DNA of 64,000 nucleotides, from assembly GCA_964016885.1 (NCBI GenBank), contig OZ024754.1, positions 11,284,001 through 11,348,000 on the forward strand, read 5' to 3'. The stretch is from Eledone cirrhosa. Taxonomy: Eukaryota. Below, piece by piece: positions 13,578 to 26,059 of this stretch; position 1 is the stretch's first letter, and every line of letters starts with the position of its first letter. Made by a program: the position numbers and the translations under genes. The notes under the pieces were generated by a model that was given only the letters and a program-made list of their open reading frames with translations, was not told the origin of the DNA and did no database searches.

Positions 13578-14184
13578 TCTCTATATATAAAACTGAGGAT
13601 GTCTGTCTGTGTGTGTGTGAGTTTGAATCCCTAAAACTCGAGAACCACCCAACCGACTGTTTTCAAACTTTACAGATGTAATACTTATGTTTCGGAGAGA
13701 GTTATGTACATAAAAAAATTCAACTTTTTGATCCCCTAGGGCCCGCACTAGGTGAAAAACTGCGTTTTTTCAGTTTTTTAGGGGTTTTTTTAATCGTTAC
13801 ATCAGACTGATTTCCTTGAAATTGTAACTATGTATTAGTCAGTCTCTTCTTCATACCATGAGCAAAGAAAATCCAACTTTTTTATGGCCTAGGGCCCGCA
13901 TTAGGTGAAAAACTTCATTTTTTCAGCTTTTTAGCCGATTTCCTGAAATTTCAAGGCATATTATGCACATAAATAAAATTCATTTTCTATAGGGCCTGCA
14001 TTAGGTGAAAACCTGCATTTTTCCTGCTTCATCGAGGAAAATCTTAAAGATTATCGAGCCATCAGAGTATTCGATTTATTTTCTTTACATATTGTCCAGG
14101 CATACAATTTTTCCATGATTAGGTCTATTGGCGGCCCGCGTTCCAAAATACCTTATCCCATGCAACGCCGGGTACCACTGTTAG
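13578..14184 (+). mobile_element. Non-autonomous Helitron-like element
   Basis: 5' A|TCTCTATATATAAAA followed by a GTCT/GT microsatellite. 3' CCCATGCAACGCCGGGTA hairpin and TTAG|T end (CTAG variant). No TSD. Three internal TAGGGCC(C/T)GCA-TAGGTGAAAA repeats. Confidence 0.75.
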
Positions 14185-14597
14185 TCCACTATAGAATAAT
14201 AGTTTCTGATTTAGGCACAAAACCAAAAATTTGGGGGAGGGAAAAGTCGATTAAATTGACCCCAGTGTTTTACTGGTACTTGATTTTATGGACCCTGAAA
14301 GAATGAAAAGCAAAGCAGGATTTGAACTGAGGACGTAACTATATGCCACAGAGTATGTTGTCCGATGCTCTACTGATACTGCCAAACCACCACCACCCAT
14401 GAAATGGGAAATTTCTCAATAGTCTCCTCTCGATGAGGAACACAGGCTAGCTTACTTGAAGTGATGAACCAAAAATATTTTTTAATTGATAGTAGGTTGC
14501 ACTTAACTATATGCTTTTCATGCAGAAGGTACCCGTGGAAAATATTTTAATGTCAATATTTAAATTTGCCTAATCAGTTCTTCATTCACAAAAAAAT

Positions 14598-15560
14598 ATT
14601 TTTAATTTATTCTGAATTCTAAAGCCATCCAGTGAAGTTCTACCAAATTTAGTTTAATTTATTCTGAATTCTAAAGCCATCCAGTGAAGTTCTACCAAAT
14701 TTAGTTTAATTTATTCTGAATTCTAAAGCCATCCAGTGAAGTTCTACCAAATTTAGTTTAATTTATTCTGAATTCTAAAGCCATCCAGTGAAGTTCTACC
14801 AAATTTAGTTTAATTTATTCTGAATTCTAAAGCCACTCAGTGAAGTTCTACCAAATTTAGTTTAATTTATTCTGAATTCTAAAGCCATCCAGTGAAGTTC
14901 TACCAAATTTAGTTTAATTTATTCTGAATTCTAAAGCCATCCAGTGAAGTTCTACCAAATTTAGTTTAATTTATTCTGAATTCTAAAGCCACTCAGTGAA
15001 GTTCTACCAAATTTAGTTTAATTTATTCTGAATTCTAAAGTCACCCAGTGAAGCTCTACCGAATTTGATTTAATTTATTCTCTACTCAATTTGGTTTAAT
15101 TTATTCTCTACTCAATTTAGTTTAATTTATTCTGAATTCTAAAGCCATCCAGTGAAGTTCTACCAAATTTAGTTTAATTTATTCTGAATTCTAAAGTCAC
15201 CCAGTGAAGTTCTACTGAATTTAGTTTAATTTATTCTGAATTCTAAAGCCACTCAGTGAAGTTCTACCAAATTTAGTTTAATTTATTCTGAATTCTAAAG
15301 TCACCCAGTGAAGCTCTACCGAATTTGATTTAATTTATTCTCTACTCAATTTGGTTTAATTTATTCTCTACTCAATTTAGTTTAATTTATTCTGAATTCT
15401 AAAGTCACCCAGTGAAGTTCTACCAAATTTGGTTCAATTTATTCTCTACTGAATTTAGTTTAATTTATTCTGAATTCTAAAGTCACCCAGTGAAGTTCTA
15501 CCAAATTTGGTTTAATTTATTCTGAATTCTAAAGCCACCCAGTGAAGTACTAACAAATTT
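14598..15560. repeat. 52-bp minisatellite (~18 units)
   Basis: Unit TTTAATTTATTCTGAATTCTAAAGCCATCCAGTGAAGTTCTACCAAATTTAG. A truncated-unit block recurs 260 bp apart. Confidence 0.95.
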
Positions 15561-16031
15561 GGGGAGAATTTATAAAGTATTTTTCTTTAATCTCTTTAAT
15601 ATACACCATCGAGAATTTTTAACAATATAATTCTGTATTATGGGGAATTTGGTCTTTTATCATATTTCAAAGGTGTTATCCATTCTGATACTTGCATTAA
15701 TATAAATTAGGTAATTGATTTTTTTCCCTTTTACTTCAAAACATTAAGGAAAATAGTTAAATTGAGAAATTTTCTCTTTCAATCAATATTTTATATTTTT
15801 GTTCTCTGAATTCTCTCAAACACATTATTTTTTTTTTTTTCATTATATATTTTATTTTGGCATTCTTCTACCATCCTTGCTGCAGTTTCTCCATTCCTTT
15901 CTTAGTTTGCACCCACCACCATGCAGACTAATAATAAATACAAAACACTTTTGTGTAGATTGCATTGTTACAGTAAAAATTCACACAATCCATTGTTAAA
16001 CATCCCAACTCAAAGAAATTAGATTGTTTTG

Positions 16032-16035
16032 CCCC

Positions 16036-16119
<84 letters not shown>

Positions 16120-16143
16120 AATCTTTTCTATCTTCTGGTTTCT

Positions 16144-16182
<39 letters not shown>

Positions 16183-16427
16183 TGTATATATATATATGTA
16201 TATTATATATATATATATATATGCATGTATATATATATGCATGTGTATATATATAGATACATATATATATACACATATATATATGCATGTATATATATAT
16301 ATATATATGAGGGTGTTAAAGTTTGCTTGAAGCATTGTGAAATGTGTAAAATACGTAGTTAACTACGTATTTTATATATATATATATGCATGTATATATA
16401 TGTATGTATGTGTATATGTATATCTAT

Positions 16428-16494
<67 letters not shown>

Positions 16495-16510
16495 CGTATA
16501 TATGTATATA
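16032..16510. repeat. (C)n/(CT)n and (TA)n microsatellites
   Basis: Direct reading of the sequence. Confidence 0.95.
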
Positions 16511-17103
16511 TTTTTTCTCACAGCTAAAGAATTAGTTTGGGTATTCATTTCATTTGTTTGCTGACTGAATTAATACCATAATTTATAAAGCAATTTGCTC
16601 AGAAAAGATAGAAAGGTTTCTTACAATTTAAATGAAACATTTCGCTACAATTGTATGTTCCATCTTTTATGACCAGAAATAGCATCTCATTAATGGAATC
16701 AGACAGATTTTCTTTCTATGTTTGGCATCTGGAAGAAGAAATAAAGAATACCATTTCTGGATAAATATTAGGTTTATATTAAAGGTGGCAACAAAGTATT
16801 AAATAATTTTAAAAAATAAGGCTTTATTTCCCCTTCCCTCCCCCCCTTCTCCTCCATATCTAAACAAATTATTGTCAATAAACCACTATGTGAGCCTCTA
16901 CGTGGTCACACGAATTGCTAGAAATTGCTATAAAATTTCCCTCAAAACACACCTGGTGTTCTTATATATAAAAAAAAATAAGAGAGATTTGATACTGTAA
17001 TCTTTTGATCTCTAAAAAGATGGGCTGGTCATGGCTGGAATGTCTAAGGTCATAGGCTTGCTCAAGCAGAGTTATTCTGGGGTTAAATAACAACATTATT
17101 GAT

Positions 17104-17315
17104 ATGGCAGTATCGGTAGAGGGTTGGACGCCTTGCTTTGACACATAGAGTTACGGCCCTTGCCATTCTGAGTTCAGATCCCGCCGAGGTTAACTTTGCC
17201 TTTCATCCTTACGGGGGTCGATAAAATAAAATACCAGTAACGCACTGGGGTCGATTTAATCGATTTACCCTTCCCCCAAAATTGCTGGCTTTGTGCCTAA
17301 ATTAGAAGCAATAAT
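17104..17315 (+). mobile_element. tRNA-derived SINE (GCCTTTCATCCTTACGGGGTCGATAAAAT central-domain family)
   Basis: A-box TGGCAGTATCGG, B-box GAGTTCAGATCC and a conserved central domain. Related copies at ~14200(-), 18095-18515, 19335-19955, 20965-21060(-), 31730, 33845 and 36275(-). Confidence 0.85.
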
Positions 17316-17328
17316 TAAGGTTGTTGTG

Positions 17329-17892
17329 TTAGTGACATGAGAGAAAAGCAGCACCCAGTCCACTCTGTAAGGTGGTCTTGTTAGTGACATGAGAGAAAGG
17401 CAGCACCCAGTCCACTCTGTAAGGTGGTCTTGTTAGTGACATGAGAGAAAGGCAGCACCCAGTCCACTCTGTAAGGTGGTCTTGTTAGTGACATGAGAAA
17501 AAGGCAGCACCCAGTCCACTCTGTAAGGTGGTCTTGTTAGTGACATGAGATAAAGGCAGCACCCAGTCCACTCTGTAAAGTGGTCTTGTTAGTGACATGA
17601 GATAAAGACAGCACCCAGTCCACTCTGTAAGGTGGTCTTGTTAGTGACATGAGATAAAGGCAGCACCCAGTCCACTCTGTAAAGTGGTCTTGTTAGTGAC
17701 ATGAGATAAAGGCAGCACCCAGTCCACTCTGTAAGGTGGTCTTGTTAGTGACATGAGAGAAAGGCAGCACCCAGTCCACTCTGTAAGGTGGTCTTGTTAG
17801 TGACATGAGATAAAGGCAGCACCCAGTCCACTCTGTAAGGTGGTCTTGTTAGTGACATGAGATACAGATAGCACCCAGTCCACTCTGTAAAG
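17329..17892. repeat. 52-bp array (~11 units) derived from SINE/RTE tail sequence
   Basis: Unit contains GCACCCAGTCCACTCTGTAA(G/A)GTGG, matching the AAAAGCACCCAG...CTGTAAAGTGG segment of the SINE/LINE tails. Confidence 0.9.
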
Positions 17893-18139
17893 TTGTCATT
17901 TTGATGAGGGAAAGCAGACATTAAATGATGATGGTAATGATTATAATGTTACTTAACAAAACAGTAAAATTATATTATAATATAAATATAAACAACTTGA
18001 GCAGTTGTTCATCATAAAAACATGGAGGGTTAGGGGCAGTTTGGTATCAAAAGAGTTAAATCTATTGTATAATATTTTACTAAATATAAGGGAGGTGGAT
18101 TGGTATTAATCAGTGGAGCATTAGACAACATGCTTTATG

Positions 18140-18341
18140 CAGGCATATCAAACACGTGGCCCTTTACAAGCACACCTGTGGCCCACACAAAGGTTTTTAC
18201 AGCACGAACATGTCTTATTTGTGTGATATAAAATAAAAAAATCTGTGTTGTAATGTGCGCAATTAGTTGTCATGTGTGGCCCTCAGGTAACACATATTTG
18301 ACCCATGTGGTCCTTGGGCGACCCTCAGTTTGACATGCCTG
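18140..18341. mobile_element. hAT-like MITE nested in a SINE
   Basis: TIRs CAGGCATATCAAAC / GTTTGACATGCCTG with an imperfect flanking duplication CTTTATG/CTTCATG. It splits a SINE copy spanning 18095-18515. Confidence 0.7.
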
Positions 18342-18552
18342 CTTCATGGCATAGAGTTACGGTCCTTTACAATCTAAGTTCAAATCCCACCGAGGTTAAC
18401 TTTGCCTTTCATCCTTACAGGGTCAATAAAATAAAGTACCAGTAATACACGGGTCAATTTAATCAACTTTCCCCTCGCCCAAAATTGTTGGCCTTGTGCC
18501 TATATCAGAAACTATTATTTTACTAATTATAAAATATATATATATATAGATG

Positions 18553-18940
18553 GAGGCACATGGCTTAGTGGTTAGAGCATTGGGCTTGCAATCGAAAGGT
18601 TGTGAGTTCAATTCTCAGACCGGGTGATGTGTTGTATCCTTGAGCAAGACACTTTATTCCACTGCAAAGTGGTCGTGTAGGCGCCACGGCAAAAAAGCAC
18701 CCACCACTCACTGTAAAGTAGTCGTGTAGGCGCCACGGCAAAAAAGCACCCAGCACTCACTGTAAAGTGGTTGTGGAGGTGCCATGGCAAAAAAGGCACC
18801 CAGCACTCACTGTAAATGAGGTTAGTGTTAGGAAGGGCATCTAGCTGTAGAAATCAAGCCAGTATCAGTTCCCGTCCCACCCTTGCAAGCAAGGAAAAGT
18901 GGACGTAAAATGAAATGATGATGATGATGATGATGATGAT
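18553..18940 (+). mobile_element. tRNA-headed SINE with RTE-derived tail
   Basis: Forward-orientation relative of 11952-12293, ending GGACGTAAAATGAAA(TGA)n. Confidence 0.85.
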
Positions 18941-19054
18941 ATATGTATAATTAAGAAAATATAAAGAAATTGTTGTATTATGTAACTTTTCTTTCCGATT
19001 CTTTTAAACAAATTGATAACCATGTATCAATAATACTTCTGCTTCTTTTTATAG

Positions 19055-19150
19055 AATGAATTATCCCAGAATCTTCAGTCTTTATCAGAGAAAGCCAAAT
19101 CAGGAACAATATTTATTCAGAGATTAAAATCAATGACAGACAGAGTAGAG
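19055..19150 (+). CDS. TRIM9: TRIM9/TRIM67-like E3 ligase, internal exon (coiled-coil start)
   Basis: AG/GT bounded, 96 nt, phase 0-0. Encodes NELSQNLQSLSEKAKSGTIFIQRLKSMTDRVE, similar to TRIM9 [32 protein letters not shown] (recalled). Not in the ORF track. Confidence 0.88.
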
Positions 19151-19334
19151 GTAAAGAAATCCATTTTATTTCAACTGGGAATATTTAAACAATTGTTGTG
19201 TCTCAATAAATGGTTGGGGACAAATCTAGAGTTTTAAAATATTTTCATCATGTTACCTATTGAGAAGTAGCTTCCTTGACCAAATACATAGGGATTATTA
19301 CTTAATAAATGATGATGTTATTTACCTTTAGGGT

Positions 19335-19955
19335 AGTGGTTTGGCTGTATCGGTAGAGCGTCAGACACCATGCTTTGCAGCACAGAGTTATGACTCTTTA
19401 CGTTCTGAGTTCAAATACCACCGAGGTTAACTTTGCCTTTCATCCTTACGAGGTCGATAAAGTAAAGTACCAGTAATGCACTGGGTAATTGCTGGCCTTG
19501 TGCCTAAAGTAGAAACAATTATTTAACTTAACAAGGGAAGTGCATTGGCAGTATTGGTAGAGCATTGGACAACATGCTTTTTAGCTTAGTGTTACATCCC
19601 TTTACGTTCTAAGTTTATCTCCTGCTGTGGTTAACTTTGCCTTTCATCCCTACGGGGTCGATAAAATAAAGTACCAGTAATGCACTGGGGTCAATTTAAT
19701 CTACTTTCCTCTCCCCCAAAATTGTTGGCCTGTGCCTAAATCAGAAACAATTATTATTAATAATTAGAGCAATGGTTTGGCAGTATCGGTAGAGGGTCGG
19801 ACACCATGCTTTGCAGCATAGAGTTATGGCCCTTTGCGTTCTGAGTTCAAATCTCGCTGATGTTAACTTTGCCTTTCATCCTTACGGGATCGATAAAATA
19901 AAACACCAGTAATACACTGGGGTAATTGCTGGCCTTGTGCCAAGAGTAGAAACAA
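19335..19955 (+). mobile_element. Three consecutive same-orientation SINE copies
   Basis: Central domain GTTAACTTTGCCTTTCATCC occurs at ~19425, ~19630 and ~19862. Confidence 0.85.
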
Positions 19956-21164
19956 TTATCATTATAATTAGTATTATTAATAAACTCATCATCCCTTATT
20001 TAGGTTACATTTTTTAAAAAGCTTACTGTTCATTTTATAGAAAAATCCTATAAATGAAGCAAAACTGTCATAATTGTTATTGATGAATCACTTAGAATTA
20101 TTATGGTGGAAGCTGCTGTTAAAATTCTTAGCATAAATGTCGTCACAGCTCAAACTATTTTACAATGTTTTCTACCACCTTCTTCTTTGTTTTACACCAA
20201 TATTCCTTTAGTGCATTGCTTCAGCCTCGAATACTATAACTGTAAAATTCACTTTTAATATTATATAAAGAAATATAGAAATATCATGTCTGGAACAACC
20301 ATGTTTTAGTATTTCTTAACATGTAAAGAGTTTATAAATTTAAGAAAAATTATCAATTTTGGAAAAACAAAATAAGTAATTTTTCTTTATATTTATGCTG
20401 TTGTGTATTTTCTCTGAAAGTCTGTTCAGTGACTAAAGAACAGTTTTTCTACACACCTCTTTTTTCAAAGGAAATAGGAGAGGGTGGTATGTCTTATTTT
20501 AATGTTGTAGTATTGGGAGACAGTTTATTTTTAGAAGATGCTTAAACCAAGAAAACTCCTTTTCATCCTCTTTCATTTTTTTTGTGTGATGATGATGATG
20601 ATAGTGTTGGGGGTAGGGGCTTATGTTATATTCTTTTTCAATTTTCTTTTTCTTTTCTTGTTCTTAACCTTCATTTTCCTACACTCCTCTGTTCTACATT
20701 TAATTGGAAGAAAGATTGTTCTGTATTCCTGTAGACTTCTGTTTCCAGATTTATCTTTTATTAGCAAAGCTTTGGTAGAGAAAAAAAAAGGTTCCATTTC
20801 AGTAGAGAAAGTTTTGCTTTACTACTTACAGTTAATACTTCATCTCCTAAATTTCAATTTTTCTTTGACTTATACACTTTAGTTTGTGAGATATATTAAT
20901 ACTAGATTGTTACCTGTCATATGACCAGCAATTTTGGGAGCATATATTTATCATTGGGGTAATAATTGCTTCTATTTTTGGCACAAGGCCAGCAATTATC
21001 TCAGTATGTTACTGGTACTTTATTTTATCGACCCTGTAAGGATGAAAGGCAAAGTTAATGGTTGCTAAATAAACAAAAAGGTATAAATATAAGAATAAAG
21101 AAGCATTGCGATAATTTGAAATGTAGTCACCCAGTTGGAACTGGTGCATTTCACTCCATCCTCA

Positions 21165-21232
<68 letters not shown>

Positions 21233-21234
<2 letters not shown>

Positions 21235-22573
21235 CGAGGAATTTAGCATACAAGTCAGTGTCCTCCAGGGCCCTGTTCTTAGCCCTCTCCTGTTCATTAT
21301 AGTATTGCAGGCAATAATGGAGGAGTTTAAGATAGGATGCCCATAGGAACTCCTATATGCGGATGATCTTACGCTTATAGCTGAATCTATGGTCGAACTA
21401 GAAAAGAAATTCCAAACATGGAAGCAGGGACTAGAAAGAAAGGGTCTCAAAGTCAAGCTGACAAAGACTAAGGTCTTCGTAAGTAAACGAGAAAACAGAA
21501 CCCAGATTCCCTCAGGGAAATGGCCTTGCTCAGTATGTAGGAAAGGTGTAGGTAGGAACTCCATCCTCTGCCCCAAATGCAAACAATGAGTACACAAGAG
21601 ATGTAGCGGGATCTCAGGAAGCTTAACTAAGAATGTAGGCTTCACATGCAGCAGCTGAGCTGGGACAGCAAGCAGGAAACAAGTACCACCAATCTCTGGG
21701 AGGGCTCTGTAGAGACAGTAGACAGCTCCTGCTACCTAGGTGACAGAATTAGCAGCAGAGTTGGGTGTTCGGAAAGTACAATAACTAGGGTAAGAACGAG
21801 ATGGAAGAAGTTCAGGGAGCTACTGCCACTGCTAGCTGCAAAAGGCTTTTCCTTCAAAATGAAAGGCAGACTGTATGATGCTTGTATACGAACAGCAATG
21901 TTACATGGTAGTGAGACCTGGGCGCTGTCTGTAGAAGACTTGCGTAGATTAGAAAGAAACAAAGCTTGCATGCTCCAATGGATGTGAAATAGTAATATAT
22001 GCGAACAGCAAAGCATAAACGAATTGAGAGAGAGAGACTGAGCATAAGAGGAATCAAATGTTGTGTGCAGGAGAGGAGGTTACATTGGTATGGACATATG
22101 ATGTGTATGAAGGATGACAGCTGCATAAAAAGGTGCAGAGCAGTATAAGTCGATGGAAGCCGCAGAGTGGGGAGACCCAAGAAGACCTGGGATGAGGTGA
22201 TAAAAGCCGATCTTACCCAATTGCACCTCTCAAAAGCGATGACACATGACCGTGACCTCTGGCGTCATGCAGTAATACAGAGGACTCGACTTCCCATGGA
22301 TACAAGCCGAAGCTGAAGCATATAGACAATATACCCCCACCCCCTCCCACTGTAAAAAAGCACCCAGCCCACACTGTAAAGTGGACGGGTAGGCACCACG
22401 GAAAAAAGCACCCAGCACTCACTGTAAATGAGGTTAGTGTTAGGAAGGGCATCCAGCTGTAGAAATCAAGCCAGAATCAGTTCCCGTATGAGTAAGACAA
22501 GGTCAGCCCACAACAGGACAACCCATCTAATCGATGCTAGCGTGGAATAACGGACGTAAAGCGATGATGATGA

Positions 22574-22577
<4 letters not shown>
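21233..22577 (+). mobile_element. 5'-truncated RTE LINE (RT end, Cys-rich insert, C-terminus, 3'UTR, (GAT)n tail)
   Basis: [36 protein letters not shown] and LHGSETW, with stops and frameshifts. Flanked by (TA)n. Confidence 0.95.
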
Positions 22578-22604
<27 letters not shown>

Positions 22605-22682
22605 CTATCGGGAGCTTCCAACAGTAATGGTTGCATTCTTTAAGGGTATGTCAATATTTATTTATAAAATTGCTCTATATTA

Positions 22683-22747
22683 TATTTCATCTGATGAAAG
22701 CACACCATAATTTAACTTGGTGTCCTTGAAATATGTATAATGAAATA
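22683..22747 (+). ncRNA. Type I hammerhead ribozyme motif
   Basis: Stem I TATTTCAT/ATGAAATA; core CTGATGA; stem II AAG-ACACCA/TGGTGT-CTT; GAAA; stem III AT-ATGT-AT; predicted cleavage after AUA (22739). Confidence 0.8.
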
Positions 22748-23044
22748 AATATGGTTTTATAAATATAGTTTCCATTTGTTAATATCGTATATATATATAT
22801 TCAATATTACAAAAAACTAAGGTTAACAACTTACATTTATTCCTTTATTTCTACGTCTGTTTCAATATGGTTACAATGGTACATGCATTTGCCAAAGATA
22901 ATAGTGAAGTATTCCACTATAATCACATACATATGTATATAATCACATATATATATATAAAATTGACGTTTTGGAAGCCTCTACAGTGCAGATGGGTAAA
23001 TCTTCGGGTAACAAAATCAGGTGGCAGTTGGAAGAAAGAGAAAT

Positions 23045-23390
23045 ATCATCATCATCATTTTACGTCCGCTTTTTCCCTGCTTGCAAGGGATGGACGGAAC
23101 TGATTCTGGCTTGATTTCTACAGCTGGATGCCCTTCCTAACACCAACCTCATTTATAGTGAGTGCTGGGTGCTTTTTTTTCGCATGGCGCTTACACGTCC
23201 ACTTTACAGTGTGGGCTGGGTGCTTTTTTGCCATGACACCTCCACGACCACTTTGCAGTGGAATGAGAGGGACCCCAGTCCCTATCATCTCATTTCTACA
23301 GCTGAGCAAACTGGAGCAATGTGAAATAAAGTGTCTTGCTCAAGGAAACAACACATCACCCGGTCTGAGAATTGAACTCACAACCTTTCG
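23045..23390 (-). mobile_element. tRNA-headed SINE with RTE tail (head truncated)
   Basis: Near-identical to 11952-12293. Confidence 0.85.
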
Positions 23391-23469
23391 ATATATATGT
23401 ATATATATATATATCATTTCTGAATTTGTTTAGCAAGATTCTTTATCTGAAAACGTGTGTTGAAACCGA

Positions 23470-23764
23470 TATTGTTATACTTTAGGAGGGTCATGTTGCC
23501 AATAAGAAACACTACGCCATGGGGGCGTAGGACAGAACAAAGGAGAGGCACAAAAAACAAAGAAAAGAATCCCCAGTCACTGAAGAGGTCACAGAATGTA
23601 TGACGAAAGAACTTTGACAATATATAAACAATCATCTGGTTGTGGAACCAACCAACCAACCGGAAATTTATAAATTCCTAAATTTATAAATTTAATATAA
23701 TAAATTGAAGTGAAAGCAACTGGTGCGTGTGTTTCTTATTGGCAACATGACCCTCCCAAAGTAT

Positions 23765-23772
<8 letters not shown>
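23470..23772. mobile_element. Short element with ~42-bp inverted ends enclosing a hammerhead motif
   Basis: ATATTGTTATACTTTAGGAGGGTCATGTTGCCAATAAGAAACAC ... GTGTTTCTTATTGGCAACATGACCCTCCCAAAGTATAACAATAT. The end motif recurs at ~56183. Confidence 0.7.
23576..23618 (+). ncRNA. Minimal type I hammerhead ribozyme motif
   Basis: GTCA-CTGAAGA-G-GTCA(loop)TGAC-GAAA-G-AA-CTT-TGAC. Stem III is very short. Confidence 0.6.
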
Positions 23773-23822
<50 letters not shown>

Positions 23823-24659
23823 ATTATATTTATTATATTTATTATATTTAGTCTTCAAATTTATTATTATTACTATATTATATTATATATATATATATAA
23901 TAGTGGCTTCCTGGTTTTTGCCCCAGTCTGTACTGTGCTCAATTCTATTCATAAGGCACCTATTGTCACCTGTCATAATGCCCATTATCATTAGAATAAA
24001 AGATGTTAAAAGGTATTTAAATATTAAAATGTATTTAAAATATCTAAATACAGAAATTAATAAAGAAAATATCAGAAAAATGTATTCTACGAAAATTATA
24101 ATTTTGCACTGAAATTAATGAAGATGCTACAATATGGTAATGCGTACAAAATGAAGATGGCTGTAGTTTCATACTACAACAACTAAACTAATGTACAATT
24201 TCATGACACTCTCCTTCAAATGACACACATGGGGAACTCTGCCATGAAAAATCCAGAACTGATATCGAGTGGATATGACTCTTTTACCATATAGGGCGCA
24301 AGGCAACCTGTTTAGTGTTGGTGCCACACTAAAATACACCCAGTACACTCTGTAAAGTGGTTGGTAATGGTGGGTAGAGAAAGTTCTTTAGTCTTGTTGA
24401 GGACATGACAATCTCTGTAATTCTGCTGCCACAATAAAACACATCTAGTACACTGTAAAATGATTGGTATTAGTAAGGGTACCCAGCCATAGAAACAATG
24501 CTAACAATTAGAACATACAAGTGGGACATAGTCCTCTGGCTTGTCTAGAAGGGGAATAACTGCAAATTATAACTGACTCTTGCGACCATAGCAACCTGTG
24601 CAACTTATTTCAGATGATGATGGCGTTCTTGTTGTTGTTGTTGTTGTGATGTTCTTCTT

Positions 24660-25570
24660 ATAATAATGAAATTATTGTGTAAAGTGCTCAGGTGCACTAC
24701 AACTCGTCAATATAGTACATAGAATAATACACAAATGTCAGGGAAGTACATGTGTGTATGTGTTAGCTGTTCTGTTGGCGGATCTCGGGAAGTATGGAGG
24801 CCTTAAAGGATGCAGTGTCTCGACAGCTAACAACTGATGCAGGTAGTTTGTTCCATGGAGGCCTTAAAGGATGCAGTGTCTCGACAGCTAACAACTGATG
24901 CAGGTAGTTTGTTCCATGGAGGCCTTAAAGGATGCAGTGTCTCGACAGCTAACAACTGATGCAGGTAGTTTGTTCCATGGAGGCCTTAAAGGATGCAGTG
25001 TCTCGACAGCTAACAACTGATGCAGGTAGTTTGTTCCATGGAGGCCTTAAAGGATGCAGTGTCTCGACAGCTAACAACTGATGCAGGTAGTTTGTTCCAT
25101 GGAGGCCTTAAAGGATGCAGTGTCTCGACAGCTAACAACTGACGCAGGTAGTTTGTTCCATGGAGGCCTTAAAGGATGCAGTGTCTCGACAGCTAACAAC
25201 TGATGCAGGTAGTTTGTTCCATGGAGGCCTTAAAGGATGCAGTGTCTTGACAGCTAACAACTGACGCAGGTAGTTTGTTCCATGGAGGCCTTAAAGGATG
25301 CAGTGTCTTGACAGCTAACAACTGACGCAGGTAGTTTGTTCCATGGAGGCCTTAAAGGATGCAGTGTCTTGACAGCTAACAACTGACGCAGGTAATTTGT
25401 TCCATGGAGGCCTTAAAGGATGCAGTGTCTTGACAGCTAACAACTGACGCAGGTAGTTTGTTCCATGGAGGCCTTAAAGGATGCAGTGTCTCGACAGCTA
25501 ACAACTGACGCAGGTAGTTTGTTCCATGCTTCAGCAACTCTGAGCGTGAAAAAAATGTTTCTGAAAGTCA
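24660..25570 (-). mobile_element. CR1-type LINE 3' fragment with internal 61-bp x ~12 tandem expansion
   Basis: Flanks match the 5575-5860 copy. Unit GGAGGCCTTAAAGGATGCAGTGTCTCGACAGCTAACAACTGATGCAGGTAGTTTGTTCCAT repeats over 24796-25527. Confidence 0.9.
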
Positions 25571-25593
25571 AAATATCAAATATCAACAATTTT

Positions 25594-25775
25594 TCTTGTT
25601 GTTGATCTTGTTCTTGTTGATCTTGTTCTTGTTATTGTTCTTGTTGTTCCTATTGATGTTGTTGTTGTTGTTGTTGTTGTTGTTCTTCTTCTTCTTCTTC
25701 TTCTTCTTCTTCTTCTTCTTCTTCTTCTTCTTCTTCTTGTTTTTGTTTTTGTTTTTGTTTTTGTTGTTGTTGTTC
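25594..25775. repeat. Compound (GTT)n/(CTT)n triplet repeat
   Basis: Direct reading. It ends about 50 bp before a splice acceptor. Confidence 0.95.
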
Positions 25776-25825
25776 TGCTGTCTGTTAACAATTGTTGATA
25801 TTTGATATTTTCTTATATTTTTCAG

Positions 25826-26059
25826 TGTAACTGTACTGAATTTCAAAAGAATGTGATTGAAAAATGTGATGAACTGATAGAATCAATCAGAGCTCGTAGG
25901 CAGTATTTGTTAGATACTTTAAATAATGAGAAAGAAATGAAAATCTTGACACTGAAAGAACAAGTTTCACATTGTACCAGCCTTCTACAACGTACTACCG
26001 GACTACTTCAGTTTGGTATTGAAGTCTTAAAAGAAAGTGATGCCTTCTCTTTTTTACAG
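25826..26059 (+). CDS. TRIM9: TRIM9/TRIM67-like exon (coiled-coil)
   Basis: TTTCAG| ... CAG|GTAATT, 234 nt, phase 0-0. Encodes ...KEQVSHCTSLLQRTTGLLQFGIEVLKESDAFSFLQ, similar to TRIM9 [35 protein letters not shown]. Confidence 0.93.

Noticed and set aside
1-19054. TRIM9 RING/B-box exon or promoter
   Set aside because: No matching Cys/His-patterned coding sequence other than the RTE finger. It is presumably upstream of the window.
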